A DNA stretch of 64,000 bases from a phage, in the sequence record PZ583739.1, one strand, 5' to 3'. A program made the position numbers and the translations under genes. The notes under the pieces are model-generated. The model did not search any database. It saw nothing but the letters and a program-made list of their open reading frames with translations, and had not been told where the DNA came from. Below, piece by piece: positions 40,877 through 50,755 of the stretch. Each line of letters starts with the position of its first letter. Position 1 is the first letter of the stretch.

Positions 40877-43800
40877 ATGGCTACTTTAAAACAAATACAA
40901 TTTAAAAGAAGTAAGGTTGCCGGCGTTCGCCCGGCGCCAACAGTTCTTGCCGAAGGTGAACTGGCTATCAACTTGAAAGACCGCTTACTTTTTACTAAAG
41001 ATGACACCGGCGCCATCATTGACCTTGGCTTTGCTAAAGGCGGTAATATTGATGGTAACGTTATTCATAACGGTAACTACACCCAAACCGGTGCCTATAC
41101 TATAGCCGGAGCTATTTCACAAACGTCTGGACATTTTACTACTACTGGTAATATAATAGCAACCGGTGATGTCACAGCAAAAGCCCGTTTAATGACAGAT
41201 AATGGTGAAGTTCTTGTACGAGGTACAGGAACCACTCATGTTCGATTCCAGGATTTGGCTGATGCTCGAGAAAGAGGTATAATTTATTCTCAAAACCGTA
41301 CTGGGGATACCAAGCAAATCTTGAACGTTCGTGTTCAGGATTACACTAATTCAACATCTAATATTTTTGCATTCAACGGCGATGGTTTATTTTATGCTCC
41401 GTCTATTTCCAGCGGAACATCGGTGAAATCTCCAGTAATTTATACTAATACCGTTGATACTGGTAATAAATCAGCTCTTGATTATGATATATCTTCATTA
41501 GCAAATAATAATCCTGCAAGTTCAAGCGCAACAGCTATTAACTATCTTAGAATAAGTAGACACGCTGTCGATGGAATTAGGTATCGTGAACTTAATAATG
41601 TAAATGGTATTTCATGGCATTCTATTTCTACAGCCGGAACAGCTAAGTATCTTTGGTCATTTAATGCAGATGGCGATGTCAAAACATCAAATTCTCTTTC
41701 CGTTGGCCTACCTGGGGATAGCTCAGGATACTCAACATTAGGTCCGTCTGCTATCGCACTTGGTGACAATAACACAGGTTTGAAATGGAAACAAGACGGT
41801 CAGTTCCATACAATTAATAATGGAGCTTATACTTTACTTACATCTCCAACTGAAGTTACAAGCCTTAAACAGTTAGTTGCGGGTTATTCAACCAACGGTT
41901 CTGATTTAATTCTTCCTACAACTCAAAACTATCCATTAGTTATTGTTAATACTACTAATGATAAAAACGGCTTCGGCGACGGTCAAACTCTTTTAGGTTA
42001 CCACCAAAGCGGCAAATATCACCATTATTTTCGTGGCAAAGGTGTAACAAACGTTAACACCGATGGTGGGTTGTTGGTTACTCCTGGCAACGTTGAAGTC
42101 CGTGGTGGTTCGGTTAATATTGATGGTCTCAGTAATGCTTCGACAGTGCTTTTTAAAGGAAATACAACAGGAAGTAGTTCAGTTGATAATATAGAGCTCA
42201 AAGTTTGGGGTGACACTTTTAATACAGTAGATGGTTCTCGTAAAAACGTAGTGGAAATATCCGATGCTACTAGCTGGATGCACTATATTCAACGAACTAC
42301 AGCAGGTAAAGTCGAATCCTATTTAAATGGTACCATGAATGTAATTGAAGGATTGTCTGTCAATCAAGATACATCCTTAAAACGCAATCTGTATGTTTCC
42401 AATGAAATTAAAGTTCGCGCGGCGAGTGGTCTTCGTATTTGGAACGATAAGTACGGTGTTATTTTTCGAAATTCAGAAGACCAGCTGCATATTATCCCAA
42501 CCAATGTTAATGCCGGCGAAAGTGGCGGATTAGGTCCATTACGCCCATTAAGTATTATGTTAGACACGGGTCTGGTTAAAATCCCTAACTTAGAAGCAGA
42601 CCAGGTTTCTTTTAAGGGTAGCGGCGTATTAGAATTCCCTAATAGTAGCGGCGCATCTTATGCCAACCAGAACACGACTAAAGCTCCGTTGTATCAAGCA
42701 CTTGATGCTGCGACTCAAGCATTTTATCCTATTACTAAGCAGAAAAATATCGATTCGAATGTAACTGTTACGCAAGGTATGGACCGAGCTACGAGCGAAT
42801 ACCGAATTGTTGCCCAAGGTGATTTGCTTGGCGATGGCGTTACAACCGGATTAAAATACTGGCGCTTTACCAAAGAAGGTAACTTCATGGCCCAGAACCG
42901 CTTATATGCCGGTACAGCTTATATGAATACCGATGGTAATATTGCAGGTTCTATTTGGAAAAAGTATAGCGGTGCTACTAACCTTGACGCAGCGGTGAAT
43001 ACTCGTGTAGGTAAAGGCGGCGATACAATGACAGGTAAATTGGTCATTGATGCTCCAGGCGATCCTTTAGTATTAAAAACAACCGCAGGTAATAGCTCGC
43101 ATATCCGTTCTGATGTAAATGGTACCGGCAACTGGTATGTTGGTAAAGGTGGCGATGATAACGGAATAGCTCTTTACAGTTATGCTACCAACTCGGGTAT
43201 GTACATCACTAATGATGGGGCTTTCAACGTAGAACTTTCTGGTGCTGGCTTAGCAATGCAGATGAATTATTATCGCATGTATGTTAATGGCCGAGCATGG
43301 GTTAATACACAAGGTCATGGTTACGGAAACCAATGGCAAACAGAAGCTCCTTATTTCGTCGACTTTGGTGAATCTGTTCCTAAAGATAGCTATATGCCAA
43401 TTATCAAAGGAAAAAGCACTCTAATTACCGACGGATATTCTACTAAAGCAGACTTTGGTATTATTCGATTAGGTGGAGCTGCTACTTGGGGTTCTGCTGT
43501 TATTCGTGTGGGTTCTGCCGAAAGCGGCGATGCAAGCCATCCTAATGCAATATTTGTATTTCAGGCCAATGGTGATTTTGTTGCACCTGCCGGTTTACGA
43601 GCCAGAGCTAACCTAGGCGTGGGCACAATCCCGGTATGGGGCGGCGCATCCATTGCCATTGGGGACGATGACACCGGCTTAGTCCATGGTGGTGACGGTC
43701 GAATTAATATGTATGCTAACTCGCAACATATTGCAAGCTGGGGAGCCGGTTATCAGATTCATGAAGGTCTTTGGGATACCCATGGGGCTTTGTGGACTGA

Positions 43801-44221
43801 AACAGGAAAAGCTATTATTTCTTATGGGCATTTAGTCCAACAAAGTGATGCCTATTCTACATATGTCCGTGATGTGTATGTCCGTTCTGATATTCGTGTT
43901 AAAAAAGACCTTGTTAAATTTGAAAATGCTTCTCGGAAGCTTTCTAAAATTAACGGCTACACATATATGCAGAAACGTGGAACTGACGAAGAAGGTAATC
44001 AGAAATGGGAACCTAATGCTGGTTTAATTGCTCAAGAAGTTCAAGCTATTTTACCTGAATTGGTTGAAGGCGACCCTGATGGTGAAGCTTTACTTCGTTT
44101 GAACTATAACGGTGTAATTGGTTTAAATACAGCTGCAATCAATGAGCACACTGCAGAAATAGCAGAATTGAAATCAGAGATTGAAGAACTTAAAGCTTTA
44201 GTTAAATCATTGTTAAAATAA
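40877..44221 (+). CDS. 37: long tail fibre distal subunit gp37
   Basis: 1114 aa; Gly/Asn/Thr-rich fibre repeats; C-terminal SDIRVKKDL block suggests an autoproteolytic chaperone domain. Confidence 0.85.
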   Translation: MATLKQIQFKRSKVAGVRPAPTVLAEGELAINLKDRLLFTKDDTGAIIDLGFAKGGNIDGNVIHNGNYTQTGAYTIAGAISQTSGHFTTTGNIIATGDVTAKARLMTDNGEVLVRGTGTTHVRFQDLADARERGIIYSQNRTGDTKQILNVRVQDYTNSTSNIFAFNGDGLFYAPSISSGTSVKSPVIYTNTVDTGNKSALDYDISSLANNNPASSSATAINYLRISRHAVDGIRYRELNNVNGISWHSISTAGTAKYLWSFNADGDVKTSNSLSVGLPGDSSGYSTLGPSAIALGDNNTGLKWKQDGQFHTINNGAYTLLTSPTEVTSLKQLVAGYSTNGSDLILPTTQNYPLVIVNTTNDKNGFGDGQTLLGYHQSGKYHHYFRGKGVTNVNTDGGLLVTPGNVEVRGGSVNIDGLSNASTVLFKGNTTGSSSVDNIELKVWGDTFNTVDGSRKNVVEISDATSWMHYIQRTTAGKVESYLNGTMNVIEGLSVNQDTSLKRNLYVSNEIKVRAASGLRIWNDKYGVIFRNSEDQLHIIPTNVNAGESGGLGPLRPLSIMLDTGLVKIPNLEADQVSFKGSGVLEFPNSSGASYANQNTTKAPLYQALDAATQAFYPITKQKNIDSNVTVTQGMDRATSEYRIVAQGDLLGDGVTTGLKYWRFTKEGNFMAQNRLYAGTAYMNTDGNIAGSIWKKYSGATNLDAAVNTRVGKGGDTMTGKLVIDAPGDPLVLKTTAGNSSHIRSDVNGTGNWYVGKGGDDNGIALYSYATNSGMYITNDGAFNVELSGAGLAMQMNYYRMYVNGRAWVNTQGHGYGNQWQTEAPYFVDFGESVPKDSYMPIIKGKSTLITDGYSTKADFGIIRLGGAATWGSAVIRVGSAESGDASHPNAIFVFQANGDFVAPAGLRARANLGVGTIPVWGGASIAIGDDDTGLVHGGDGRINMYANSQHIASWGAGYQIHEGLWDTHGALWTETGKAIISYGHLVQQSDAYSTYVRDVYVRSDIRVKKDLVKFENASRKLSKINGYTYMQKRGTDEEGNQKWEPNAGLIAQEVQAILPELVEGDPDGEALLRLNYNGVIGLNTAAINEHTAEIAELKSEIEELKALVKSLLK
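43886..44218 (+). other. putative C-terminal intramolecular chaperone (autoproteolytic, S74-like) domain of gp37
   Basis: Last 111 aa begin with SDIRVKKDL (Ser at 43886) and end in a coiled-coil-like [22 protein letters not shown]; resembles the self-cleaving chaperone domains of endosialidases and T5 pb1. Confidence 0.5.
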
Positions 44222-44226
44222 TAAGA

Positions 44227-44240
44227 GGGGCTTCGGCCCC
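44227..44240 (+). other. GC hairpin with UUCG loop between genes 37 and 38
   Basis: ggggc-ttcg-gcccc with no T-run; overlaps the gene 38 SD region. Confidence 0.4.
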
Positions 44241-44252
44241 TTGGAGGTTTAT

Positions 44253-45035
44253 ATGGCAGTAGTAGGACCGTGGGTAGGGTGGTCTGCGAGGGTACAAACT
44301 GGGGACCCTTGGATGGGCGGCGCTGCCCAACGATTGAGAATGGGTATTCCGTTTTGGATGAGTAATATGGTAGGTCGGTCTGTTGAAATAATTCACACAC
44401 TTGGAGCCGACCATAACTTTAACGGGCAATGGTTTAGAGACCGTTGTTTTGAAGCCGGTGCTGCCCCTATTGTGTTTAATATCACAGGTGATTTAGTATC
44501 TTATACTAAAGATGTTCCGTTGTTCTTTATGTATGGCGATACCCCTAATGAATACGTTACTTTGAATATTCACGGCGGGGTCCATATGTGGGGCCGTGGT
44601 GGTAACGGTGGGACCCGTGTTTGGGTAGCGGGTACAAATGGTGGTGATGTAATTCAAAACGACATTGGTGGCAGACTCCGTATCTGGAACTATGGCGTTA
44701 TAGCTTCAGGGGGCGGCGGCGGTGCCGGATGTGCTTCAAATAACTCTTGGCTTGTGGCGGGTACAGCTGGTGGCGGTGGCGGTAGACCATATGGATTAGG
44801 TGGTACTAATGGCGCCGTAAACCCAGGCGGCAACGCTAGTTATACCGGACCAGGTGGCGGTGGTAGCTTTGGTGGACAGTGGGGTGGTGGTAATGGCGGC
44901 GACGCGGGTGGGGCTGGTGGCGGCGCTTACGGACGAAGCGTTACATACGGCTCACAAGGCGGAGCTGGACGAGCTGTATTCGGAAGTTCTCCTTCATGGG
45001 GCGCTACAGGCACTATCTACGGCTCCTGGCTATAG
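44253..45035 (+). CDS. 38: tail fibre adhesin gp38 (T2/S16-type, polyglycine-rich receptor-binding protein)
   Basis: Track start 44241 is TTG; ATG at 44253 with SD GGAGG gives MAVVGPWVG...; Gly-rich motifs ([24 protein letters not shown]) between variable segments; ends GSWL. Confidence 0.85.
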   Translation: MAVVGPWVGWSARVQTGDPWMGGAAQRLRMGIPFWMSNMVGRSVEIIHTLGADHNFNGQWFRDRCFEAGAAPIVFNITGDLVSYTKDVPLFFMYGDTPNEYVTLNIHGGVHMWGRGGNGGTRVWVAGTNGGDVIQNDIGGRLRIWNYGVIASGGGGGAGCASNNSWLVAGTAGGGGGRPYGLGGTNGAVNPGGNASYTGPGGGGSFGGQWGGGNGGDAGGAGGGAYGRSVTYGSQGGAGRAVFGSSPSWGATGTIYGSWL

Positions 45036-45046
45036 TACATAAGCGC

Positions 45047-45054
45047 TATAAATA
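45047..45054 (+). promoter_or_regulatory. T4-type late promoter (TATAAATA) for holin gene t
   Basis: tataaata 19 nt upstream of the t ATG, with SD AAGGAG between. Confidence 0.6.
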
Positions 45055-45072
45055 TCTTTAAAGGAGAAAAGT

Positions 45073-45726
45073 ATGGAACCAAAAGTAGGAATATCAATAC
45101 CCGACCTACTTTTTGGACTTCTTGATAGAATTTTTAAAGATAATGCGACCGGGAAAGTTGTTTTTTCCCGGGTACTAGTTATTGTTCTATTATTTTTAAT
45201 GGCGGTAATCTGGTATAAAGGTGATGCACTTTTAGATGCGTACAGGGATGCTTCATATGCCTCATACACAGAAATGATAAGGCAAGACCAGGACAACAGA
45301 TTTAAAATTGCAGCTATCGAGCAAATCCAGATAGTCCACTCGTCAAGTGGGGCAGACTTTACAGCAATATATTCTTTTAGACCAACTAACCTTAACTACT
45401 TTGTGGATATGGTGGGATACGAGGGGATATTGCCTGATACAGTCGACGAAAAAAATTTAGGTGGGTTTCCAATAGATAAAACTTCGGCGGAATATTTGGC
45501 GGGGGTTAATGGTAATTATTTTGAATCCAGTACGGAATCTGTATTCTTACCAACAAAGAAAAAAAGCAGCTTCTCATATATGTTCAGCTGCCCATTCTTT
45601 AATTTGGAAAACGTTTATGCAGGTACAGTCTCACTGTACTGGTATAAGCAAAAACCTAACCTTGGTTTTGATAGGCTTTCTGCTATGTGTGGACAAGCAG
45701 GTCGTACGCTTGGGCGTACACGTTAG
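45073..45726 (+). CDS. t: holin T (lysis inhibition-sensitive holin)
   Basis: 217 aa; LLFGLLDRIFKDNATGKV, single transmembrane segment, LPTKK...YMFSCPFFNLENVYAGT blocks match T4 holin T. Confidence 0.9.
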   Translation: MEPKVGISIPDLLFGLLDRIFKDNATGKVVFSRVLVIVLLFLMAVIWYKGDALLDAYRDASYASYTEMIRQDQDNRFKIAAIEQIQIVHSSSGADFTAIYSFRPTNLNYFVDMVGYEGILPDTVDEKNLGGFPIDKTSAEYLAGVNGNYFESSTESVFLPTKKKSSFSYMFSCPFFNLENVYAGTVSLYWYKQKPNLGFDRLSAMCGQAGRTLGRTR

Positions 45727-45998
45727 AATCCGGAGGTATACATCATAAGATAACGGTGTATATCTTCGAATCCTTCGTTAAATTGTTCAATGATTTGTTC
45801 AATTTCATCTTCAGATAAACTTTTAAACAACTTGTTAAACGATACATTGTTTAACTCATTCCCATTCTCATTTCTCAATCCCAACTCATTCAAAAACGCG
45901 ATAAACACATCACGCTTCATCGTAATATCTTCCCGGTCGGTTTTAATCAAAATTGAAGTTATAGTAACAATTTCAGAAACGATTTCAAATTTAGTCAT
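45723..45998 (-). CDS. asiA: anti-sigma70 factor AsiA
   Basis: 91 aa; EIVTITSILIK...FIAFLNELG...FNEGFEDIHRYLMMYT matches T4 AsiA (90 aa). Confidence 0.85.
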   Translation of the reverse strand: MTKFEIVSEIVTITSILIKTDREDITMKRDVFIAFLNELGLRNENGNELNNVSFNKLFKSLSEDEIEQIIEQFNEGFEDIHRYLMMYTSGF

Positions 45999-46047
45999 TT
46001 TAATTTACTCAAGTATTCAATAAGACATTCAATTATTCAGTAAGGGT

Positions 46048-46076
46048 ATTATACTATTATTCCTCTGGGTTGTACA
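46048..46076 (-). promoter_or_regulatory. early promoter (TGTACA / TATAAT) for asiA
   Basis: Minus strand TGTACA, 17 nt, TATAAT, about 45 nt upstream of the asiA ATG. Confidence 0.55.
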
Positions 46077-46221
46077 CATGATTTTCCATGTGTACAACAT
46101 ATTCCTGATACATCTGTTCAACTGGTTCCTGGAACTTAAAATCAGCTCCAAGGAATTCCTCAAAGCAAGCCAGCTCGCGTGTACGTTGACCGGTGATGGT
46201 GTTCTCTAAGTTATGACTCAT
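46057..46221 (-). CDS. small acidic ORF (54 aa), not in the ORF track
   Basis: ATG at 46219-46221; MSHNLENTITGQRTRELACFEEF...; overlaps the asiA promoter; speculative. Confidence 0.25.
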   Translation of the reverse strand: MSHNLENTITGQRTRELACFEEFLGADFKFQEPVEQMYQEYVVHMENHVYNPEE

Positions 46222-46310
46222 AATGATTCCCTTTGTGCTTCTGCTTACGTTTGGACTGCATTTTGGTTTTCTTCTTGTCCTTATGGACAGACGCCTTATT
46301 GAAATCGTGC

Positions 46311-46592
46311 TTAGCTACCAGATTGTTCATGCAATTTCCTTAATTGATATTCAAGAGAACTAATAATTTCTTTATTGGTTGCTATATACATATCACGCAG
46401 GAAAGGCTTCAATCCTACCATGCTTTCATGAAATGTCTTAGAACTAATATCCTTTATATATTCATGGTCTAAGGCTATCCATGCAGGTTGGTTAACATAA
46501 GTTCCCCAGTTGTCTTCCATCATAGTGTTCAGACGTTTGATATGATTGATATGGGTTTCGATTGCATCAATCTGGAGTTGTTTAAGGTTCAT
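46311..46592 (-). CDS. hypothetical protein (Arn position in T4)
   Basis: 93 aa ORF near asiA, where T4 carries arn (92 aa); sequence identity not verifiable by eye. Confidence 0.4.
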   Translation of the reverse strand: MNLKQLQIDAIETHINHIKRLNTMMEDNWGTYVNQPAWIALDHEYIKDISSKTFHESMVGLKPFLRDMYIATNKEIISSLEYQLRKLHEQSGS

Positions 46593-47080
46593 TAGTAAAG
46601 GTCCTCTGAATAAAGTTCTTTTTCGCTACCGCCACGTTCAATACGCACCTGATTTGCATAAGTCGCAATAATCATTGCTTCTTCGCGGGTCCAGTAATTG
46701 CTGTATTGGTCAATGAATCCTTGGTCGTCACCACAAACATGGTCCGACACAAGTTTATCACTTACCTGGTCAAGCACTTCTGCCATATCCTTGGAATAAT
46801 GTCTGGCACCAGGAATAACCAGAGTCCCACCATCTTTTAACTTAAAGCGGTTGGCTGCACATACAATCCGTCGCTGATATTTTTCATTATTGTTCCAATG
46901 AGCAATCTGCCAACAGATTTCAGGAACTTCTTCTAAAACATCCTCTTCCGTATATTCGGTGTAGTCACCATAGGCCTGTAATTTAGCTGCTAGACTTTCT
47001 GGAGTTTCACGAGAAAGAGCTTTATCTAATAAAGCCATACGGTCTTTAAAGGATAATTCTTTACCTTTTAATGGATTCAT
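46592..47080 (-). CDS. hypothetical protein
   Basis: Track start is TTG; ATG at 47078-47080 in ATGA overlap with the upstream stop; 162 aa. Confidence 0.45.
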   Translation of the reverse strand: MNPLKGKELSFKDRMALLDKALSRETPESLAAKLQAYGDYTEYTEEDVLEEVPEICWQIAHWNNNEKYQRRIVCAANRFKLKDGGTLVIPGARHYSKDMAEVLDQVSDKLVSDHVCGDDQGFIDQYSNYWTREEAMIIATYANQVRIERGGSEKELYSEDLY

Positions 47081-47409
47081 TTGAACCAACCTTTAACACG
47101 TTGCCACAGACTTTTCTGTTGAGCTTTATTAACACCAATTGAGCGAATAACTGGTTGTGATTCCTGGTATTCTTTATAGTCAGCTTTATATACTTCATAT
47201 GCTGCTGGAACAAAAGCACCAATCGCTGCCATGAAGTTCTTGCGGACGCCAAACGGTGCTGTCGCATCATCCTGACGATGAATAAGATACTGACCAGCTT
47301 TGACCTTGACAATAGTTCCAAGGTAAGCGCCATGATACCAAACATCCCAACCCTCTTGAGTAGGTTCCGCACAAGCACGCAATTCATTAACAATATTCAG
47401 CTTATTCAT
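47077..47409 (-). CDS. hypothetical protein
   Basis: 110 aa; SD GAGGAAAT; preferred over the overlapping frame 47061..47393. Confidence 0.45.
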   Translation of the reverse strand: MNKLNIVNELRACAEPTQEGWDVWYHGAYLGTIVKVKAGQYLIHRQDDATAPFGVRKNFMAAIGAFVPAAYEVYKADYKEYQESQPVIRSIGVNKAQQKSLWQRVKGWFK

Positions 47410-47416
47410 AATTTCC

Positions 47417-48025
47417 TCACTTTAAGATGTTAATAACATGTTGAATGTTTTCAGTTGACATATGATTGTCAATGTAGGTATTCAATCCACCTACTTTAAC
47501 GCTAAATCCCACGTCTGTAAACTGTTTTACTATCTTTTGTTCAGTATTATACGCATGCACACGAATCTGACCATCACGACGTACATCAATCTGTTTTAAT
47601 GTCTTGATACGCTTGAACTTCACAATCAGATTGCTGCGGTCTTCTGAAATGCTCTTAAAGTCAATACCAATAGACAATAATTGCTCTTTGATATATTCTG
47701 CAGTCGCTTCCATTTCATCAGTCACACCGCGTTTTGTTCTTGTCTTCTTCACTTCCAGAAGGTCGGGATTATTTTCATTCGCCCACAATTCTGCTGCATC
47801 CAGAATAAGGTCAACACCTTTTTCTGTAACCATCAAACCATCACCGGAAGCTTCAACATAGTTGTTATTCAACAATGTCTGTACACTATCAATTGATGTG
47901 TTCTGCTGGTCTAAAACAACTTCTGGACTCACAAAGTTGTTTTTGTATACAAACACCAGAGCATTAACATCAGTCTCATGTAGAGCGTTCTGGGAGCATT
48001 TAACGATATAATTTAACTTGTTCAC
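47417..48025 (-). CDS. motA: middle transcription activator MotA
   Basis: 202 aa aligning with T4 MotA from the N-terminus; apparent GTG start at 48023-48025 with SD AAGGGA. Confidence 0.75.
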   Translation of the reverse strand: MNKLNYIVKCSQNALHETDVNALVFVYKNNFVSPEVVLDQQNTSIDSVQTLLNNNYVEASGDGLMVTEKGVDLILDAAELWANENNPDLLEVKKTRTKRGVTDEMEATAEYIKEQLLSIGIDFKSISEDRSNLIVKFKRIKTLKQIDVRRDGQIRVHAYNTEQKIVKQFTDVGFSVKVGGLNTYIDNHMSTENIQHVINILK

Positions 48026-48027
48026 AA

Positions 48028-48243
48028 TTATCCCTTAATAGATTTCATATAATTTGATGCATATGATTGTACCACAGTACGTTTCATATGGGAAGTAGAA
48101 ACAATCACATCAATCGCTTGTTTACGTTCTTCTTTAGAGTTTGCCAGTTTGAACATGTCAAAGTAGTAATAACAAGCTTCTTTATTAGATTTGAATTTAG
48201 CGTTAATGTATTCTTGACCTTCATTCTGTTGTGCAGTAAACAT
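48028..48243 (-). CDS. hypothetical protein
   Basis: Track start is TTG; ATG at 48241-48243 preceded by conserved leader ...ctttggagaataaaATG; 71 aa. Confidence 0.45.
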   Translation of the reverse strand: MFTAQQNEGQEYINAKFKSNKEACYYYFDMFKLANSKEERKQAIDVIVSTSHMKRTVVQSYASNYMKSIKG

Positions 48244-48292
48244 TTTATTCTCCAAAGTTTTTGTGATTCATTGTGTAACTCAGTATGGAATC

Positions 48293-48321
48293 ATTATGCA
48301 GCGGGTCAAGGGGATTGTACA
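48293..48321 (-). promoter_or_regulatory. early promoter (TGTACA / CATAAT) with conserved leader
   Basis: Minus strand aaaaagtagTGTACA, 17 nt, CATAATgattccatactgagttacacaatgaatcac...ggagaataaaATG. Confidence 0.5.
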
Positions 48322-48334
48322 CTACTTTTTTTAA

Positions 48335-48360
48335 AATAAAAAAGGACCCCGAAGGGTCCT
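48335..48360 (-). terminator. rho-independent terminator
   Basis: ggaccc-ttcg-gggtcc hairpin followed by TTTTTTATTTT on the minus strand; forms a terminator-promoter cassette with the adjacent promoter. Confidence 0.6.
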
Positions 48361-48457
48361 AGTCTTTATCTATCTTATTACCAATAAACATACCAACAAT
48401 CACACCTGCGATTGCCGCGAAAATACAAAGCAATGCAAACTCAACTCCAAAACTCAT
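48359..48457 (-). CDS. small hydrophobic peptide (32 aa), not in the ORF track
   Basis: MSFGVEFALLCIFAAIAGVIVGMFIGNKIDKD directly downstream of gene 52; speculative. Confidence 0.3.
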   Translation of the reverse strand: MSFGVEFALLCIFAAIAGVIVGMFIGNKIDKD

Positions 48458-49833
48458 AGAGCCTCCAAATCATTAAGGTATTCAGTTTTAACATCAGTTG
48501 TCTTCCAGTACTCATGCTCAGCTTTCTTAGCCTTTGCTTCGTCTGCAAGCTTCTTGGCTTCATCAGAGGTCATATGGTAGATGTTCATCGCCACTAACTT
48601 CTCTGCATAATCGCCATATATTTCACTCGCCTGGAGTTCCTCAATCAACTTCTTACGAGGTTTCCCCTGGATAATAACCTTACCATCAATCACTTCTTTA
48701 ATAAAGAAGACTTTCGCACGGGCCAGTTTAAATGCCGCTTCAGTTTCTTTAATCTTGCTGTCAATTCGCACTTGAACATAGGTCTTACGGACATCCACGA
48801 AATCGCGAATCAGGTCAAGCGTGTTGGTGTATTCAGCTAATTTGCCTTTGTGATTAAGCACAGTTAAGTTCTGGGAGAGTTTCTCAATCAGACCAAAGTC
48901 TTTCATGATTTTCTCATGATTCTCTTCTTCAGTGCCATCCAACTTGTATTCTTTGCGGAATTTAATCTTAAACCCAAAACCATGTTCACCGCAGTTATCT
49001 TTCCAGGTGATAAAACCTTTCTCTTCCAGCGGGTCAAGTATTTTACTTGTATATTTTTCCAGGTTCCATTGGACCGGGATTTCAGTAATTTCCATTTGAG
49101 TCCGGGAAGTCATTTTGTATGTGCCATGAAGCTCATACTTACCAGGCTCTTCCAGCTCAACAACTTCACCGCGGAATTCTGGATATTTTACTTTCGGAGC
49201 AACCGGCTCACGACCTTCCACGATAGCTTTAACAGCTTCCTTGACGTCCTGGAACGAATGAGGAAGTATATCAGTAGCGAAGCCAACAGCAATCCCAGAA
49301 GTGGCGTTAAGTAATACAGTAGGAATAACAGGAAGATAAAAAGCAGGAGGCTTATGTTCTTCATCAGGATGGACCGGAGCATATTCTGTATCCTTAAACA
49401 AGTTATAAAAGTTCTTTGAAACCCTTGCGAATACATAACGAGCTGATGATGCTTCTGGCACCATTCTGGAACCAAAGTTGCCTTGTCCATCAAACATGGG
49501 GTATTCATTTTTATATGTTGCGACCAGACCAGAAGTTGCTTCTTCCGCTGATGCTTCGCCATGGTGATAACCATAATCAGCTACGCCACCTGCGATGGAT
49601 GCAACCTTATGGAATTTATTCTTATCACCACGAGCCAGGTCTAATGCTCTCGCCATAACAAATCTGTGAACTGGTTTAAAACCATCAATCATGTTTGGGA
49701 TGGCACGACCTTCCACAGTGTAGATAGCATATGACAATGCTTCCACATCAATAATGTCTTTTAGACTGCGTGGGTTAAGGGTCCCCACGGAATCACTGAA
49801 CTGTTTGGACATCATACTTAAAACGTCAGACAT
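48454..49833 (-). CDS. 52: DNA topoisomerase II medium subunit gp52
   Basis: 459 aa; GyrA-like N-terminal region (GFKPVHRFVMARALD...ASIAGGVADYGYHHGEAS); position after motA as in T4. Confidence 0.9.
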   Translation of the reverse strand: MSDVLSMMSKQFSDSVGTLNPRSLKDIIDVEALSYAIYTVEGRAIPNMIDGFKPVHRFVMARALDLARGDKNKFHKVASIAGGVADYGYHHGEASAEEATSGLVATYKNEYPMFDGQGNFGSRMVPEASSARYVFARVSKNFYNLFKDTEYAPVHPDEEHKPPAFYLPVIPTVLLNATSGIAVGFATDILPHSFQDVKEAVKAIVEGREPVAPKVKYPEFRGEVVELEEPGKYELHGTYKMTSRTQMEITEIPVQWNLEKYTSKILDPLEEKGFITWKDNCGEHGFGFKIKFRKEYKLDGTEEENHEKIMKDFGLIEKLSQNLTVLNHKGKLAEYTNTLDLIRDFVDVRKTYVQVRIDSKIKETEAAFKLARAKVFFIKEVIDGKVIIQGKPRKKLIEELQASEIYGDYAEKLVAMNIYHMTSDEAKKLADEAKAKKAEHEYWKTTDVKTEYLNDLEAL

Positions 49834-49841
49834 ATATCACC

Positions 49842-49982
49842 TTACCAGATTAACGAATGTACTGCCATTATAGCATCAGAAATAAAAAGCACAACCTGCA
49901 CTAATGCAAATACAACTCCATAATACAGCGCTACCAATAAGGCAGCAAGGGCTAACGAGTAGCCCAGGATTTTCTTAATCAT
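49842..49982 (-). CDS. small hydrophobic peptide (46 aa), not in the ORF track
   Basis: MIKKILGYSLALAALLVALYYGVVFALVQVVLFISDAIMAVHSLIW; ATGA overlap with the upstream stop; speculative. Confidence 0.3.
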   Translation of the reverse strand: MIKKILGYSLALAALLVALYYGVVFALVQVVLFISDAIMAVHSLIW

Positions 49983-50143
49983 TTATTAATAGCCGATTCA
50001 AGAAATTTAACTAAGGCATCCAGTACAAACCATGTGCAAATAAATCCTGCAAAAAGAGTACTTGGGACCCATACACCTGTAGCAAAAAGAGTCACAGCAA
50101 CGATAACAGCTACGAGCCAGATAAAAGTAAAAACTGATTGCAT
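49979..50143 (-). CDS. ac: small membrane protein (Ac-like by position)
   Basis: Track start is TTG; ATG at 50141-50143 with SD GAGGAAAAC gives 54 aa with two hydrophobic segments; T4 Ac is 51 aa at this position. Confidence 0.4.
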   Translation of the reverse strand: MQSVFTFIWLVAVIVAVTLFATGVWVPSTLFAGFICTWFVLDALVKFLESAINK

Positions 50144-50150
50144 GTTTTCC

Positions 50151-50231
50151 TCAGGGGCGTCCAAAGACGCCAGTTAATTTCAGATTATGACGATGCCATT
50201 GCATCACGTGCTCATTATGGAAATTACTCAT
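50151..50231 (-). CDS. stp: Stp peptide (suppressor of three-prime phosphatase; anticodon-nuclease activating peptide)
   Basis: 26-codon [29 protein letters not shown]; T4 Stp is 26 aa with a very similar sequence; lies between ndd and ac as in T4. Confidence 0.7.
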   Translation of the reverse strand: MSNFHNEHVMQWHRHNLKLTGVFGRP

Positions 50232-50232
50232 A

Positions 50233-50682
50233 TTAATAGCTCTGCAGAATGAATTTAAAGTTATCAGCAAGCATGCGATTCATTTCTGAAAGGGTCTGAC
50301 AATCAGAATTATGTGAGCGAGTGAACGCCATCGCAATTTGACCTTTACCGTAACCAGTTGTCAGAGGTTTCATTTTAGAAACTGGGACAAACAGGACTTC
50401 ATAGATAACCCCATTGTTCGCCATTGTGCGAGACAGTTGAGAACGCTGTTTGCGGATGTGACTTAATACAGTGTCAAACCCTTGTTGTGAACGTTGGTTA
50501 CCAACATAAAAACGTGCGGCAACAATACGTGATTCACCTTCACCTTTAACCACGAAATAAAAACCTGGTTGAGTGATAGCTTCTTTAGTTGGACGCCCTG
50601 CAACATAATTGCCATTATGGATGTAAGCAACAGTGGTAGCGCCAGCATTCAGTACGTCACGACGGGTCATGTAAGTAGTCAT
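50233..50682 (-). CDS. ndd: nucleoid disruption protein Ndd
   Basis: 149 aa; [37 protein letters not shown]...[20 protein letters not shown]...[15 protein letters not shown] matches T4 Ndd. Confidence 0.8.
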   Translation of the reverse strand: MTTYMTRRDVLNAGATTVAYIHNGNYVAGRPTKEAITQPGFYFVVKGEGESRIVAARFYVGNQRSQQGFDTVLSHIRKQRSQLSRTMANNGVIYEVLFVPVSKMKPLTTGYGKGQIAMAFTRSHNSDCQTLSEMNRMLADNFKFILQSY

Positions 50683-50720
50683 ATTAATTTCCTCAGTAAG
50701 TTAAAGTTTTGTGCTCCAGT

Positions 50721-50755
50721 GGGGTCATTATACTCTGACCCCATGAGTTTGTACA
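50721..50755 (-). promoter_or_regulatory. early promoter embedded in stem-loop (PeSL-like), near-identical copy of 62473..62507
   Basis: Minus strand TGTACA, 17 nt, TATAAT; ggggtca/tgacccc inverted repeat brackets the -10; about 45 bp nearly identical to 62465-62510. Confidence 0.55.

Noticed and set aside
44104-44429. Minus-strand ORFs of 98 and 75 aa across the gene 37/38 junction
   Set aside because: Antisense to the tail-fibre operon; Pro/Arg-rich shadow frames of Gly-rich coding sequence.
47061-47393. 110-aa minus-strand ORF overlapping 47077..47409
   Set aside because: Alternative frame of the same interval; the 47077..47409 frame has the SD and a proper start context.
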